The position numbers were made by a program, and so were the translations under genes. From Octopus sinensis (taxonomy: Eukaryota): DNA of 64,000 bases. Positions 25,926 through 64,000 of this stretch are shown in pieces; the first letter of the stretch is position 1, and each line of letters opens with the position of its first letter. The DNA is taken from positions 64,170,001 to 64,234,000 of the forward strand of contig NC_043009.1 of assembly GCF_006345805.1 (NCBI RefSeq), read 5' to 3'. The notes beneath the pieces are model-generated. The model was not told the DNA's origin, searched no databases, and saw only the letters and a program-made list of their open reading frames with translations.

Positions 25926-28239
25926 ACCTTGTCTAGGTCTTTAAGTTTCGGTGGAAACCCCTTCAATGCAAATTATTGCATCTTTAAATTATGTTGCCCA
26001 GAGTCAATCGTTAAACGATGTCAAAAGGCTACGTCTCGACTGAATCGATTCCTCTATCTATATGCATATCTGTGTTTGTGCGTCTGTGCTTGTTCCCCCA
26101 CCATCGATTCTCTGGTGTAATCTTTGCTTGAAGACATAAATTCTACAAGACCTTTGCTTATTATACTCTCTCTTAATATACTCTTTTACTTGTTTCAGTC
26201 ATTTGACTGCGGCCATGCAGGAGCACCGCCTTTAGTCGAGCAAATCGACTCCGGGACTTATTCTTTGTAAGCCCAGTACTTATTCTATCAGTCTCTTTTG
26301 CCGAACCGCTAAGTTACGGGGACGTAAACACACCAGCATCGGTTGTCAAGCAATGCTAGGAGGACAAACACAGACACACAAACACACACACATACATATA
26401 TATGTATATATATACATATATACGACAGGCTTCTTTCAGTTTCCGTCTACCAAATCCACTCACAAGGCTTTGGTCGGCCCGGGGCTATAGCAGAAAACAC
26501 TTGCCCAAGATGCCACGCAGTGGGACTGAACCCGGAACCATGTGGCTGGTTAGCAAGCTACTTACCACACAGCCACTCCTGCGCCCATGTAAAATTATAA
26601 ATTCTCATCGTCTTGGCTACAATTCTCTTTCACTCATTGTATCTTCATCTCTTACTAACCCCCACTCCCTTTCCACCACGCTACTTTGTACCCCACCCTT
26701 AATGGTTATTAACTGCTTTAATTTGTCTATAAATTAATACATTGACCTTGTCTTTGAACTTCTTTTGAACTGACAACAATATTTCTTCGGCCAGCTATCA
26801 ACTTTATCATATTTATCTCTGGTTTTTGTCAAGTAATATCTTCACTTCGTGTCTCCCCTTAACCGTTCCTTCTTTTTCACTGTTTTCACCGCATCCTTCC
26901 ACCCCACCACTTCTTCACTACCCCCCCCACTTTGTTCTCTGTAAACCGTCAAATTTTTAAACACAGCTCCAGGTAAATATACGTCTGAAGCCTGTCCGTG
27001 TTTATCTACCTTTCTATCTTTATAACAGCTCGATCAGGATTGGACCATCAGTTAACGTTCAATGAAGAGGCGCTGGCCTCGGATGAAGAGGCTGGAGTAC
27101 ATATTGATAAAAACTACTTAAAAATAATGACAGGAATATTAAATATATTTCGCCGTTTCTCAAGCTGAAGATGCCAATTTAGCAGTTTTGCAACTCCGTA
27201 CGAGGTAAGTGAAGATTAACTTAGTGCATGCGATTTGAAAAAGACAGGGTGCGATCAAAGGAAGATAATCCACTGGACAGCAAAGAGGGTCAGGCTCTTA
27301 AAAGGGTCAAATTATTTCGTAGACCAAAACGGGAAGTGTAAAGAAAAAAAAAAAAACAGTAGGCGCAGGAGTGGCTGTGTGGTAAGTAGCTTGTTTACCA
27401 ACCACATGGTTCAGGGTTCAGTCCCACTGCGTGGGATCTTGGGCAAGTGTCTTCTGCTATAGCCCCGGGCCGACCAATGCCTTGTGAGTGAATTTGGTAG
27501 ACGGAAACTGAAAGAAGCCTGTCGTATATATGTATATATATATATGTATGTGTGTGTGTCAGTGTTTGTCCCCCTAGCATTGCTTGACAACTGATGCTGA
27601 TGTGTTTACGTCCCTGTCACTTAGCGGTTCAGCAAAAGAGACCGATAGAATAAGTACTGGGCTTACAAAGAATAAGTCCCGGTGTCGATTTGCTCGACTA
27701 AAGGCGGTGCTCCAGCATGGCCGCAGTCAAATGACTGAAACAAGTAAAAGAGTAAAGAGTAAAGAGAGTAAAAAGGTGAGAACGTTATTGGAATTGCTAA
27801 GAAATATATTTTAGCGATAGAGGCGGCATTAAACCGCGAAGAAATATTTATTCCCACTGAAACGTGATTATTGGAATGATGGAAGATGGGATAGAGAAGA
27901 GGTATCGGTGTTTAGGTATTTGAGCATTCAAGTGATGTATAAAGAGTTGTTTGTCCCCTCTGTGTTTAGCCCCTTGTGGGTAGTAAAGAAATAGGTATTT
28001 CGTCTGCCGCTACGTTCTGAGTTCAAATTCCGCCGAGGTCGACTTTGCCTTTCATCCTTTCGGGGTCGATAAATTAAGTACCAGTTGCATACTGGGGTCG
28101 ATCTAGTCGACTGGCCTCCTCCCCCAAAATTTCTGGTCTTGTGCCTAGAGTAGAAAAGATTATGTATGTATACGTGCAGAATGTATGTTTTGCTTTATGC
28201 ATATATTCTCATGCATATTGTTGCATGTCAAGAAATGCT

Positions 28240-28505
28240 CATATTTATTTAAATTATAAACTTCTGGAAAGTTTTACAGATTTTTACAGTTCTAGTGATC
28301 GATTGGATCTGTAGACTTCGAATTATCATTCTCCTTTCTGGTTTAGGCAGTGTGTTACATATCCTAGGACCCCAATAATTACAAGTATAAACATGAACTT
28401 GTAATCTGGTCAGAGTAACTGCAGATTTCTCAATAGTTCAGCATAGGTGTTCTCTTTTTCACTGATCTTCAGCTTTATGTTAACACTCGCTGGGCAGCTA
28501 AATAT
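28240..28505 (-). mobile_element. Non-LTR retrotransposon remnant, restriction-like endonuclease C-terminus
   Basis: Minus translation: FSCPASVNIKLKISEKENTYAELLRNLQLL*PDYKFMFILVIIGVLGYV. Confidence 0.65.
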
Positions 28506-29476
28506 TTAACCACAGTCCTCCATACACTACAAACATGCCAAAGACCACTATGGAGGCAGTTTGGGTCAACTTGACATCCGCATCTTATCCAAGCACCCAA
28601 AAGACTCAGACAAATACGGGAGTACGTCCTTATAAATGAAACTTACCCAATATTAAATAGGAAATATGCATAGTAGATATCATACCTCCACACAGGTAGA
28701 GTAGAATAGTTAGTGGGCTGTTATGTAGATAGATGTATGTATCTGTGTGTGTGTGTGGTGTGTGTGTGTGTGGTGTGTGTGTGTGTGTGTGTGTATGCAT
28801 ATGTATGCAAGCATATGGATATGGAAATAAACAGATCAACATACAGACGGATAGGTACATAGGTTGTAGGAACAGACAAGCACACATACGCAAATGGAGA
28901 CCGAAACACGTGACCATATACACAGACACACTCTACTCCACACAAGGACACACATCGAGATACGAGTCCACACATATAGAGCTGCACATCCATACATACA
29001 CACATGGTACATAGTTGCAACACACACACACACACACACAGACATGCACACACAAGGAGACGTAGGTGCTTACATATACAAACACACAAACACGGACATG
29101 CAAGCCCATGAATATGCCGGATACATACATACATACATACATACATACTACATACATACATACATACATACATACATACATACATACATACATACATACA
29201 TACATACATACATACACACACACATACATACATACATACGTACATGCATGCATGCATAGGCACACACACACACAAACACACTGACCCACACACATGCGCA
29301 CAAACAAACAAAAGGGAACGCAGTGTAAATAAGGGACAGAGTCAAAACTATTGAAAAGGTTGCCAGACGCAACGAAAATTTTAGGAAAATAAAAATAAGA
29401 AAAAAGTGGAAATTTTACCGGTGAGTGTGTTAAATTATAAGGTACAAAAAGAAAATGACTCTCCCCAGACACAACA

Positions 29477-29519
<43 letters not shown>

Positions 29520-29522
29520 CAC

Positions 29523-30043
29523 ACAGAAGATTATTCAAAAATAATGAACCGATTTCATTACGCAATATTTTAATTAGGAAAAGCAATAGAAAACTCCAGC
29601 TAAGTCACAAGTATTTACTCACAATCAACTTTTATTTCCTGTCTTACAAGGGTTCAATGTGGCCACCACTTGCAGCATGGGTAACATCAGTGCGATGAGA
29701 GAATTCCTCCCAGACGCGTATCAGGATATCGAAAGCAAGGTCATTATGGAAGTAAAGAATAAATTTGCTTTGCTTGAGGCGATTCCAGAAGGTATTGACA
29801 TAGAAGGGAAATGGAGGAACTTCGATAAAGTATTCAACCAGACAGCCAGGGAAGTACTCTGTAGATCGTGATATGCTGATACGCGTCTGGGAGGAATTCT
29901 CTTATCGCATTGATGTTGCCCGTGCTGCAGGAAATAAAAGTTGATTGGGAGTAAATACTTGTGACTTAGCTGGAGTTTTCTATTGCTTTTCCTTATTAAA
30001 ATATTGCACAATGAAATCGCTTCATTCTTTTTTAACAACCCTG

Positions 30044-30045
<2 letters not shown>
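29523..30045. mobile_element. Tc1/mariner-derived foldback (two transposase 3' ends inverted around a 138-bp spacer); third arm at 31820-31975
   Basis: The arms encode D(I/M)LIRVWEEFS(H/Y)R.DV..AA(SGGHIEPL*). The right end is CAACCCTG|TA. Confidence 0.7.
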
Positions 30046-30131
<86 letters not shown>

Positions 30132-30594
30132 TTAGGTTGTAAAGGTGGAAGAAATACATTGACAATGTAACAATTATCAACGTACTCTAATAATACGCTG
30201 ACAGTTAACTATCATAAGATAAATGTAAAGTGAATACATCCATTTAGATTTAATTACTATAATTAGACCGAAAGCATTATAAAAATTTTCTGATTACGAT
30301 GGCTAATTTAAGGAAAAGGCAGAAAATGCACGGTTATTAACAATGTCCACATTTTAAAGTCATTCTTTGTGTATACAGTTATTTGTAAACATAAACATTT
30401 ACATAGGTTCTTATTTTATAAATACTTCAATCTCCGATAATTTGTTTTTAACAATGTCAGTTTTAACAATGTTAGTATATGACCTATTTCAGATTGAAGG
30501 GTTTATTAAGTATCACATGATATTTTCATGAATGCATATAACTGAATAACGTTTGTGCAGAGTGGATGAATACAAGAAAACTGCTATCTGCAAC

Positions 30595-46086
<15,492 letters not shown>

Positions 46087-46872
46087 AGTTGTGTCATCGT
46101 ATCTTAAGATGAGTAAAGTGTGAAGAATATTCCGTGAAATGCATAAAATTCATTATATTTGTATATTTGTTATTTAGTTATTTATTACATTTATATTGAT
46201 GTCTTTCCATGGAACAAATTAAAACATGTGCAGGTTATAATCTGTTCAATTCTCATTCCATTATATTACAGGTATTAATATTATTATCGCAAGGCGGCGA
46301 GCTGGCAGAAACGTTATCAAGCCGGGTAAAATACTTAGCGGTATTTCGTCTGCCGCTACGTTCTGAGTTCAAATTCCGCCGTGGTCGACTTTGCCATTCA
46401 TCCTTTCGGGGTCGATAAATTAAGTACCAGTCACGCACTGGGGTCGGTGTAATCGACTTAATCCGTTTGTCTGTCCTTGTTTTTCTCCACTGTGAGTAGT
46501 AAAGAAATAGGCATTTCGTCTACCGCTACGTTCTAAGTTCAAATTCCGCCGAGGTCGACTTTGCCTTTCATCCTTTCGGGGTCGATAAATTAAGTACCAT
46601 TTGCGTACTGGGGTCGATCTAATCTACTGGCCCCCTCCCACCCAAATTTTGGGCCTTGTGCCTAGAGTAGAAAAGAATAATATTATTTTCGTCATATGTA
46701 TAGTGAACAGCAAGAATAACCACAGTGGCATATATATTCATTCATAAAGTAATGCGGCAGATCAGATTCGAACCTGAATAAAGTAATTGCTGCTGTGTTT
46801 CTTCACTCTAGAACAATTTCTCCTAACAGACGCGTGCCTGTTCATGGCATACTCGATTCGTTAGCGCAAGGG

Positions 46873-46924
46873 GACATTGGGACATTCAATGTTTCGACAC
46901 CGTTGCGTCTCCTCAGCGAAAGCC
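46873..46924 (-). ncRNA. Type I hammerhead ribozyme with intact core and imperfect helix I
   Basis: The minus strand reads GGCUUUCG-CUGAGGA-GACGC-aacg-GUGUC-GAAA-CAU-uga-AUG-U-C-CCAAUGUC. Confidence 0.72.
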
Positions 46925-48871
46925 ATTGCATTCTAATGATTCTGCCAACAGTTTGCGGTTCTCGTTTATAAATTCAGCAGACAAATTATGATCTGCGCTG
47001 ACATCTGCCAACCGATATTAAATCATGTGTTGGTTCATTCTAAATACGTTCCGGCAGATTCGAACGTATATATGCTTATCACTGTTATGTTATCGATCCG
47101 ACTCTTGCTGTTTCCTGTACACATGGCAACTTCTTTAAAGGCAAGTTGTTCTCTCATAACGAAATACAGAAGCGATTAGTACATTCAGGTTTGTACCTGC
47201 AGGAACTTATAGACAATGATTATATGTGTCATTGTATTTTATTATTATTATCGCCAAAATAAGCTGACGGTAGCCAACTGGTCTCTACAGACGGCCGAGG
47301 ACACAAGAACGATGGAATCCCCACATCGCTATGCTCCTTCGTCGACGTTTTGTCAAAGGTAAGTAACGATAGATTTGGGGAAATACGATTGCAGGTAAGA
47401 TATGCTTGTGGGAGAAGGGAGAAAGGTTCAATATGATGGAGGGAATTATTTCTTTCAGATTTTTGGTGTGGATGGTGTTTTTTTTTTATAAGTGTGTGCA
47501 GAACGGAAGTAGAAGTCTTTCTGAGAGGAGTTGATGCTTGGTTATAGAGTGATGCACAGTTTATAGGGCGATTTTCAAGTTTAGCAAGGGACCATAATGC
47601 TCTGGTGCAATACGATAGTAGGAATAGGGAAGCAGACGAGATAAATATTATCCATATCTTCAGACGAGTTTCATTGATATGCTATATATGCAATACATAA
47701 TTTCCTACACCAGCTGGAGCAAACATAGTTAAGATCTCGGCACCAAAAATATTGCGCATAAGATGCTTGAAAGAAGTTTCTGTGATAGTAAGAGAAACAA
47801 GGAAAATAAAATGGTGCGAATACGATAGATGAAGCGAGTTGTCCAGTGATTTATTTTTTCCACTTCTGAAATTTTTTCCGGATGTCGTTGTAACTGAATG
47901 TGCACTACTTGCACCAAGCCATCTAGGGTGAAAAGATCTGAACACTTCCAAGTTATCATTTAGAAGAAGCCTAGTGTCACAGATACTGTTTTGGTAATGT
48001 ACATAAAGTTACTATAAAAGACCACTGGCGACTGCAAAGCCGATGAATTGCAAATAATTTGAGGGCCTTCTTTGTGAGTGAATCTACCAAGAAAATGTTT
48101 CTTTGTACTGCATAGTGTCTACTTTTGCTATTGAATGGCACAAGGATGTTATATCAATATTTGAGAATGTTTTAAGGTAATTCATTCGTAGCACAGATTT
48201 GGTGTGCTTAGGTTGATTGGATGACAACACAGTTAAGAAGATTGGCTTTATTTCCAGATGAGTCTGTATATGTTTATGATATAGTGCATCCATGAATACA
48301 ATATTCTGGGAACCAAATATTTTTTTTCCAGCTACTAGGACGTGACTTGAGAGATATTTGGATAACTATTTCTAAAAAAATTAACCAATCATATAGCTGA
48401 CTCTTTTATAAAAGTAATAAGTTAAGAGTCAAAGAAATTTCACTTCTTATAGATGAAATGTTCTCCTTCAAAAATGATTGTGATGAATTATTGTAATGAA
48501 GAGAAGATTGAAGAGTTCCTCGAAAATAGGATTATCACCAGATTGTAGTTTTTAAAGACAAATATTTTCTATGAGACGAGCCATTCCATTGCCCTGGGCG
48601 TATATTTTGGGACACTTGGTGTACAGGCGTCGTAGGTTTGCTATCTGTCTTTCATGTAAACCGGAAATGATTTGGGATGTATATATGGAGTAGCGATTGT
48701 TTTCAGTTTTCATTCCAGGCATGGGAAAACTGTAACTTTCTGAATGGCACCAAACGAACCTTGAATGTTTTTAGTAGTGATGCCCGTTTGACGATGATCC
48801 ATGTCTCATGCAGCTCGATTCTCGAAAAAAGTTGCCCCTGCTGGTTTTAGCTCTTTCTTCACTCCTTTCCC

Positions 48872-48984
48872 CATCTTCTACTTCACTCCTTCATCTTCTA
48901 CTTCACTCCTTCATCTTCTACTTCACTCCTTCACCTTCTACTTCACTCCTTCATCTTCTACTTCACTCCTTCATCTTCTACTTC
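48872..48984. repeat. 20-bp tandem repeat (ATCTTCTACTTCACTCCTTC) x~5.5
   Basis: Seen directly in the sequence. Confidence 0.9.
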
Positions 48985-49476
48985 CCTCTTTCAATCAAGC
49001 CTCAAATTTATATATTTTATCTCACCTCCCCGATTATCTTCTTCATCTTATCTTTCTACCGCTTATCCTATTCTTTCTCACCCTCTCCCTTCATTCAATA
49101 AACCATACTAATATAACAAACAAAAAAACATCATTACAACTAACTTCTTCCATATTTTACAACACACACATCCAAAGACACATGCATTCTAACAATACTT
49201 CCTGCAAGAAAATTCGCAGACCGACGAGGCCGACGAGCAACGAAACTTCGAAGAGTCACTGCTAGCATACATCCTTGCAAAATGAGCAGCAGACTCCCCT
49301 TTTATGCATTGACTCTTTCATTCGTTATAGTTTGTCCAATACACAGACATACATACATGTATGTATGTATGTATGTATGTATGTATGTATGTATGTATGT
49401 ATGTATGTATGTATGTATGTATCTATCCATCCATCCATCCATCCATCCATCCATCAATCCATCCATCCATCCATCC

Positions 49477-49526
<50 letters not shown>

Positions 49527-51249
49527 ATAATTATCATTTCTTATTTATCTAGTTACGTTTCCTTTTATTCAAGTCCCACTGCAACTCAGCAAATAGTTTA
49601 TACACTATCTGTGCGTACTTCAGGCGAGATATCTCGCTTTCGTTTCAGAAGTGATCCAAGTGCCTGGCATTGATAAACTGAAGACAACTACAAAATACGT
49701 ATCTACCGCTCTTCTGATCACTTCCGGGGCGATTTCGCCACCTAGCTCCGAAGTATATTGTATTTTTTTAACATTATACTCCTTTAAAGAGACTTTCCCG
49801 AAGGCTGAAACAGCCTCTAGCGTTCAGACAACACACGTACATTCACTATATGGCAGAAATGTTAGCGCGCCGGGCGAAATGCTTAGCGGTATTTCGTCTG
49901 TCTTTACGTTCTGAGTTCAAATTCCGCCGAGGTCGACTTTGCCTTTCATCTTTTCGGGGTCGATAAATTAAGTACCAGTTACACACTGGCGTCGATGTAA
50001 TCGACTTAATCCGTTTTTCTGTCCTTGTTTGTCCCCTCTATGTTTAGTCCCTTGTGGGCAGTAAAGAAATATATATGTTATTGGTAATTCATTAACTATA
50101 TTTAAATGTTAGAATCTTAATATGTGTATTTGACCCCCCCCCAAAAAAAAAACAACAACAAAACAAAAAAAAACAACTTTATAACTATCTGCATGCAATT
50201 CAGAGTAAGAACGCTATTTATTTTGAGTAACGAGTAGCAGTAAACTCAATTCATTTACCGTTACCTCACACTGACTTTTCTCATCATATCTCTATCTAAC
50301 TCTCTCTCTTTCTCTCTCTCTATCTCTCCCTCTTTCTCTCTTTCTCTCACCGCATGCACTCCTACAGAAAGACAGGTACATATGCCAACACAAAAGACAG
50401 ACATAATAAATTCTTATATATTCACGAATGTATCAAAACATATCAAGTTTGTTGTCCCTAAATATGTCAGTCCTTCCTTCAGTATTTATCCGTTCGGCAA
50501 ACACGCCCATAAGCATGCCTACATGCACAAATATCACGTGTGTGCATACGGTCACACGTGCACACATATCTCTGATAAATTTATGCCTGTCTATCTGGTG
50601 TTTTGAATTTCTGAGCGTTTGTTTCTCTATGTAATGCACATATAGTTTGATAATTATATAAAACATGAACACGTACATCCACTCATTGCGAGAGACAGAA
50701 GACAAAATTACAATCTCGTCTATCTATAAATACAGATTTCTATGTACAGTCTCATACATAAGTGTGTACACGAACACACACGAAGATGCACGCGTGCACA
50801 TATATACAAACATACACACGCACACACACATACACACACATGTATACATACACAAGCATACACACATAAATACTAACACCAAATCATAATCGTATGTAAA
50901 GAATATAAACGCCTGCTTTCAATGTCGTTGATTTCGGACAAAAAAAAGGAGCAAGTCCTCTGATGGACTGTTTCACTGTTTGGTGACCACTCCTCAGAGA
51001 GGGCGCACTCTTTTTGCCTCGCCAGTCAATAACAAATGTAAGTTACCACGTAAATCAGCCATTTACTAGATTATCACATCACTGGCTAGTCAACATTGCA
51101 CACACGCACACGCGCGCTTTCAGGCATAAGTATATATAATAGATATATATACACCTATGTACATATATATAATAATGGAAACACCCGGTTAATTTAATGA
51201 TTTTTGTTATTTAATATGGGATTAATCCACGATTGGCATTAGTCACAGA

Positions 51250-52135
51250 TTTAATGCATCGAGCAAGTCGTTCGTACAAGTTCTGAACGGTTTTAAGGGA
51301 ATTTTGAGCCATTCTTCAAATTAAATCTTTAGTTATTTCAGTGAGATTCGGAGATTTTGGGAGCCAATCCGGGAGATCCGCTTCACGTTTGCGCTCTTCG
51401 TACCAATTTTGAATAACATTAACCGTATGAATCGGTGCATTACCGTTCTGGAAGATTACGCTGCCATTAGGGAACAATATTGGCAACAAAGAATAAGAAT
51501 GATCAGCCAAAATACTAATTTAATTCGGGGCGTTATCAATGCCACGTAGAACAACTAAAGGGCTGAAAGAATTCCGTGATATTGGCTGCCCAAATTAGTA
51601 CAGAGTCACCTTCATGTTTCATGGGAAGGGCCAAACAGTAAGGGTCGAAGGCTTCTTCGGACTGTCCCTAGACATAAATTCACTCCAATGATTCATCCGA
51701 GATATTGTTTCATTGAACCATTGAATACTTCTGATCGGCCCGACAAAACTTATTCGGATTAAGGCTGTCGATAGGGGACAAGAGAGGTTTAGCAATTGCA
51801 GCCCTCACATGGTATCCAGCTTTATAGAGCTCAGGACGAAAGATTTTTTTGACACAGGCAAGGAAGTATTTGAGTTCTTCTGTTACTCATGCTGCTGTAG
51901 TTCGATGGCTTTTAGACACGGCATGTTTCAATATCCTTTGGTACGTCTCTCTGAGCTTTACTCTCCGTCCAGAATTATACTCACCGGAGCTAAGTTTATT
52001 TCGGTTTTGGATTGCCAACATGCTTTTAAAGACAGTATTTCTGGAAACATTAAAGAAATCTATAGCTTTGGTGACTGAAGAACCAGCCACTCAAGCTTGA
52101 AAAAAATTTGTCCCTTTGGAATTAGACAGACCACG
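51250..52135 (-). mobile_element. Tc1-family transposase remnant (pseudogenised)
   Basis: Minus translation: GRRVKLRETYQRILKHAVSKSHRTTAA (Tc3-like HTH region) and IFQNGNAPIHT...WY...WLPKSPNL (degenerate FQQDNAPxH / WPxxSPDL). Confidence 0.82.
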
Positions 52136-52956
52136 CATTTTTAACTTATTCGAATATCTGCGAAAGAAGGGAACCAGAGGACTATATCATAAAATAGACA
52201 GTATAGCAACATAACGCATTCGAATGTATATCTATAGGCGCAGGAGTGGCCGTGTGGTAAGTAGCTTGCTAAGCAACCACATGGTTCCAGGTTCAGTCTC
52301 ACTGCGTGGCAACTTGGGCAAGTGTCTTCTACTATAGCCTCGGGCCGACCAAAGCCTTGTGAGTGGATTCGGTAGACGGAAACTGAAAGAAGCCCGTCGT
52401 ATATATGTATATATATATGTGTGTGTATGTGTTTGTGTGTCTGTGTTTGTCTCCCAAGCATTGCTTGACAACCGATGCTGGTGTGTTTACGTCCCCGTCA
52501 CTTAGCGGTTCGGCAAAAAGAGACCGATAGAACAAGTACTGGGCTTACAAAGAATAAGTCCCGGGGTCGATTTGCTCGACTAAAAGGTGGTGCTCCAGCA
52601 TGGCCGCAGTCAAATGACTGAAACAAGTAAAAGAGTAAAAGTGTATACGAAAAGTTTTGAATTTGTCATATTGCCAATAGAAAGCGTAAATGGTGGCGAC
52701 ACTGTATCCCCCACTTGCATACATACATACATACATACATACATACACACATACATATGTGTGCGTGTGTGTGTATATGTGTATGTGTGTGTGTTCAGGC
52801 ACCCATACATATGAGAATGTTATTTTACATTTCGAACGGGAAATAGTTTTTCTTCCTTATCTTATATTTGCTACAAGCTGCTTTCAAAGCCACTTGTCTC
52901 ATTTACGTTGTGCCGTGAAGTTCGTAGAAATACTGAGGAGTATTGCTCTTTGTGGT

Positions 52957-63730
<10,774 letters not shown>

Positions 63731-64000
63731 GTAGGCTTCATTTCGACTATTATGTCTATTGTAAGGGGAAACGATAACGGGATGCACAAGCAGTCCGCTC
63801 TCAGTGCATTGCCTCTTACAACAGCAGAGACAGCAGTAAGCTAATGAAGATCATTGCATAATTTCCTGTTCCTTTGACACTTATTAATTCCATATTGCGC
63901 TCTGTACATACATACATACATACATACATACATACATTTCAAAAAAAAATTCATCAAAAGTGGCAGCATATTAAAATACCTTGAAAGGTGAAAATTTTAA

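Noticed and set aside
50950-51005. CUGAGGA...GAAAC on the minus strand
   Set aside because: Helix II cannot close, and there is no NUH triplet or helix I.

Overview
AT-rich, microsatellite- and SINE-rich eukaryotic DNA. The repeat content is typical of an octopus/cephalopod genome (inference from recognising the repeat style, not from a search). It holds three tandem, spliced SLC22 (MFS organic cation/anion transporter-like) paralogs on the + strand. Gene 1 has its last 5 exons in the window (1933-8362). Gene 2 is complete, with 9 coding exons and 564 aa (30595-46086). Gene 3 has 8 exons in the window (52957-63730), and its last exon lies beyond the end. Introns and the intergenic space contain three tRNA-derived SINE families, Penelope-like element (PLE) remnants, R4/Dong-type non-LTR remnants, a Tc1 remnant, two inverted non-autonomous Helitrons and many foldback/MITE hairpins. 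The most striking unannotated signal is nine hammerhead-ribozyme motifs from several unrelated families, all found by reading the sequence by eye. One has a fully intact type I core (924-972, minus strand) inside a ~355-bp terminally redundant unit that looks like a non-LTR retrozyme. Another has an intact core just downstream of gene 2, and another lies at the 3' end of a Penelope element. Most long ORFs in the supplied track are microsatellite artefacts.
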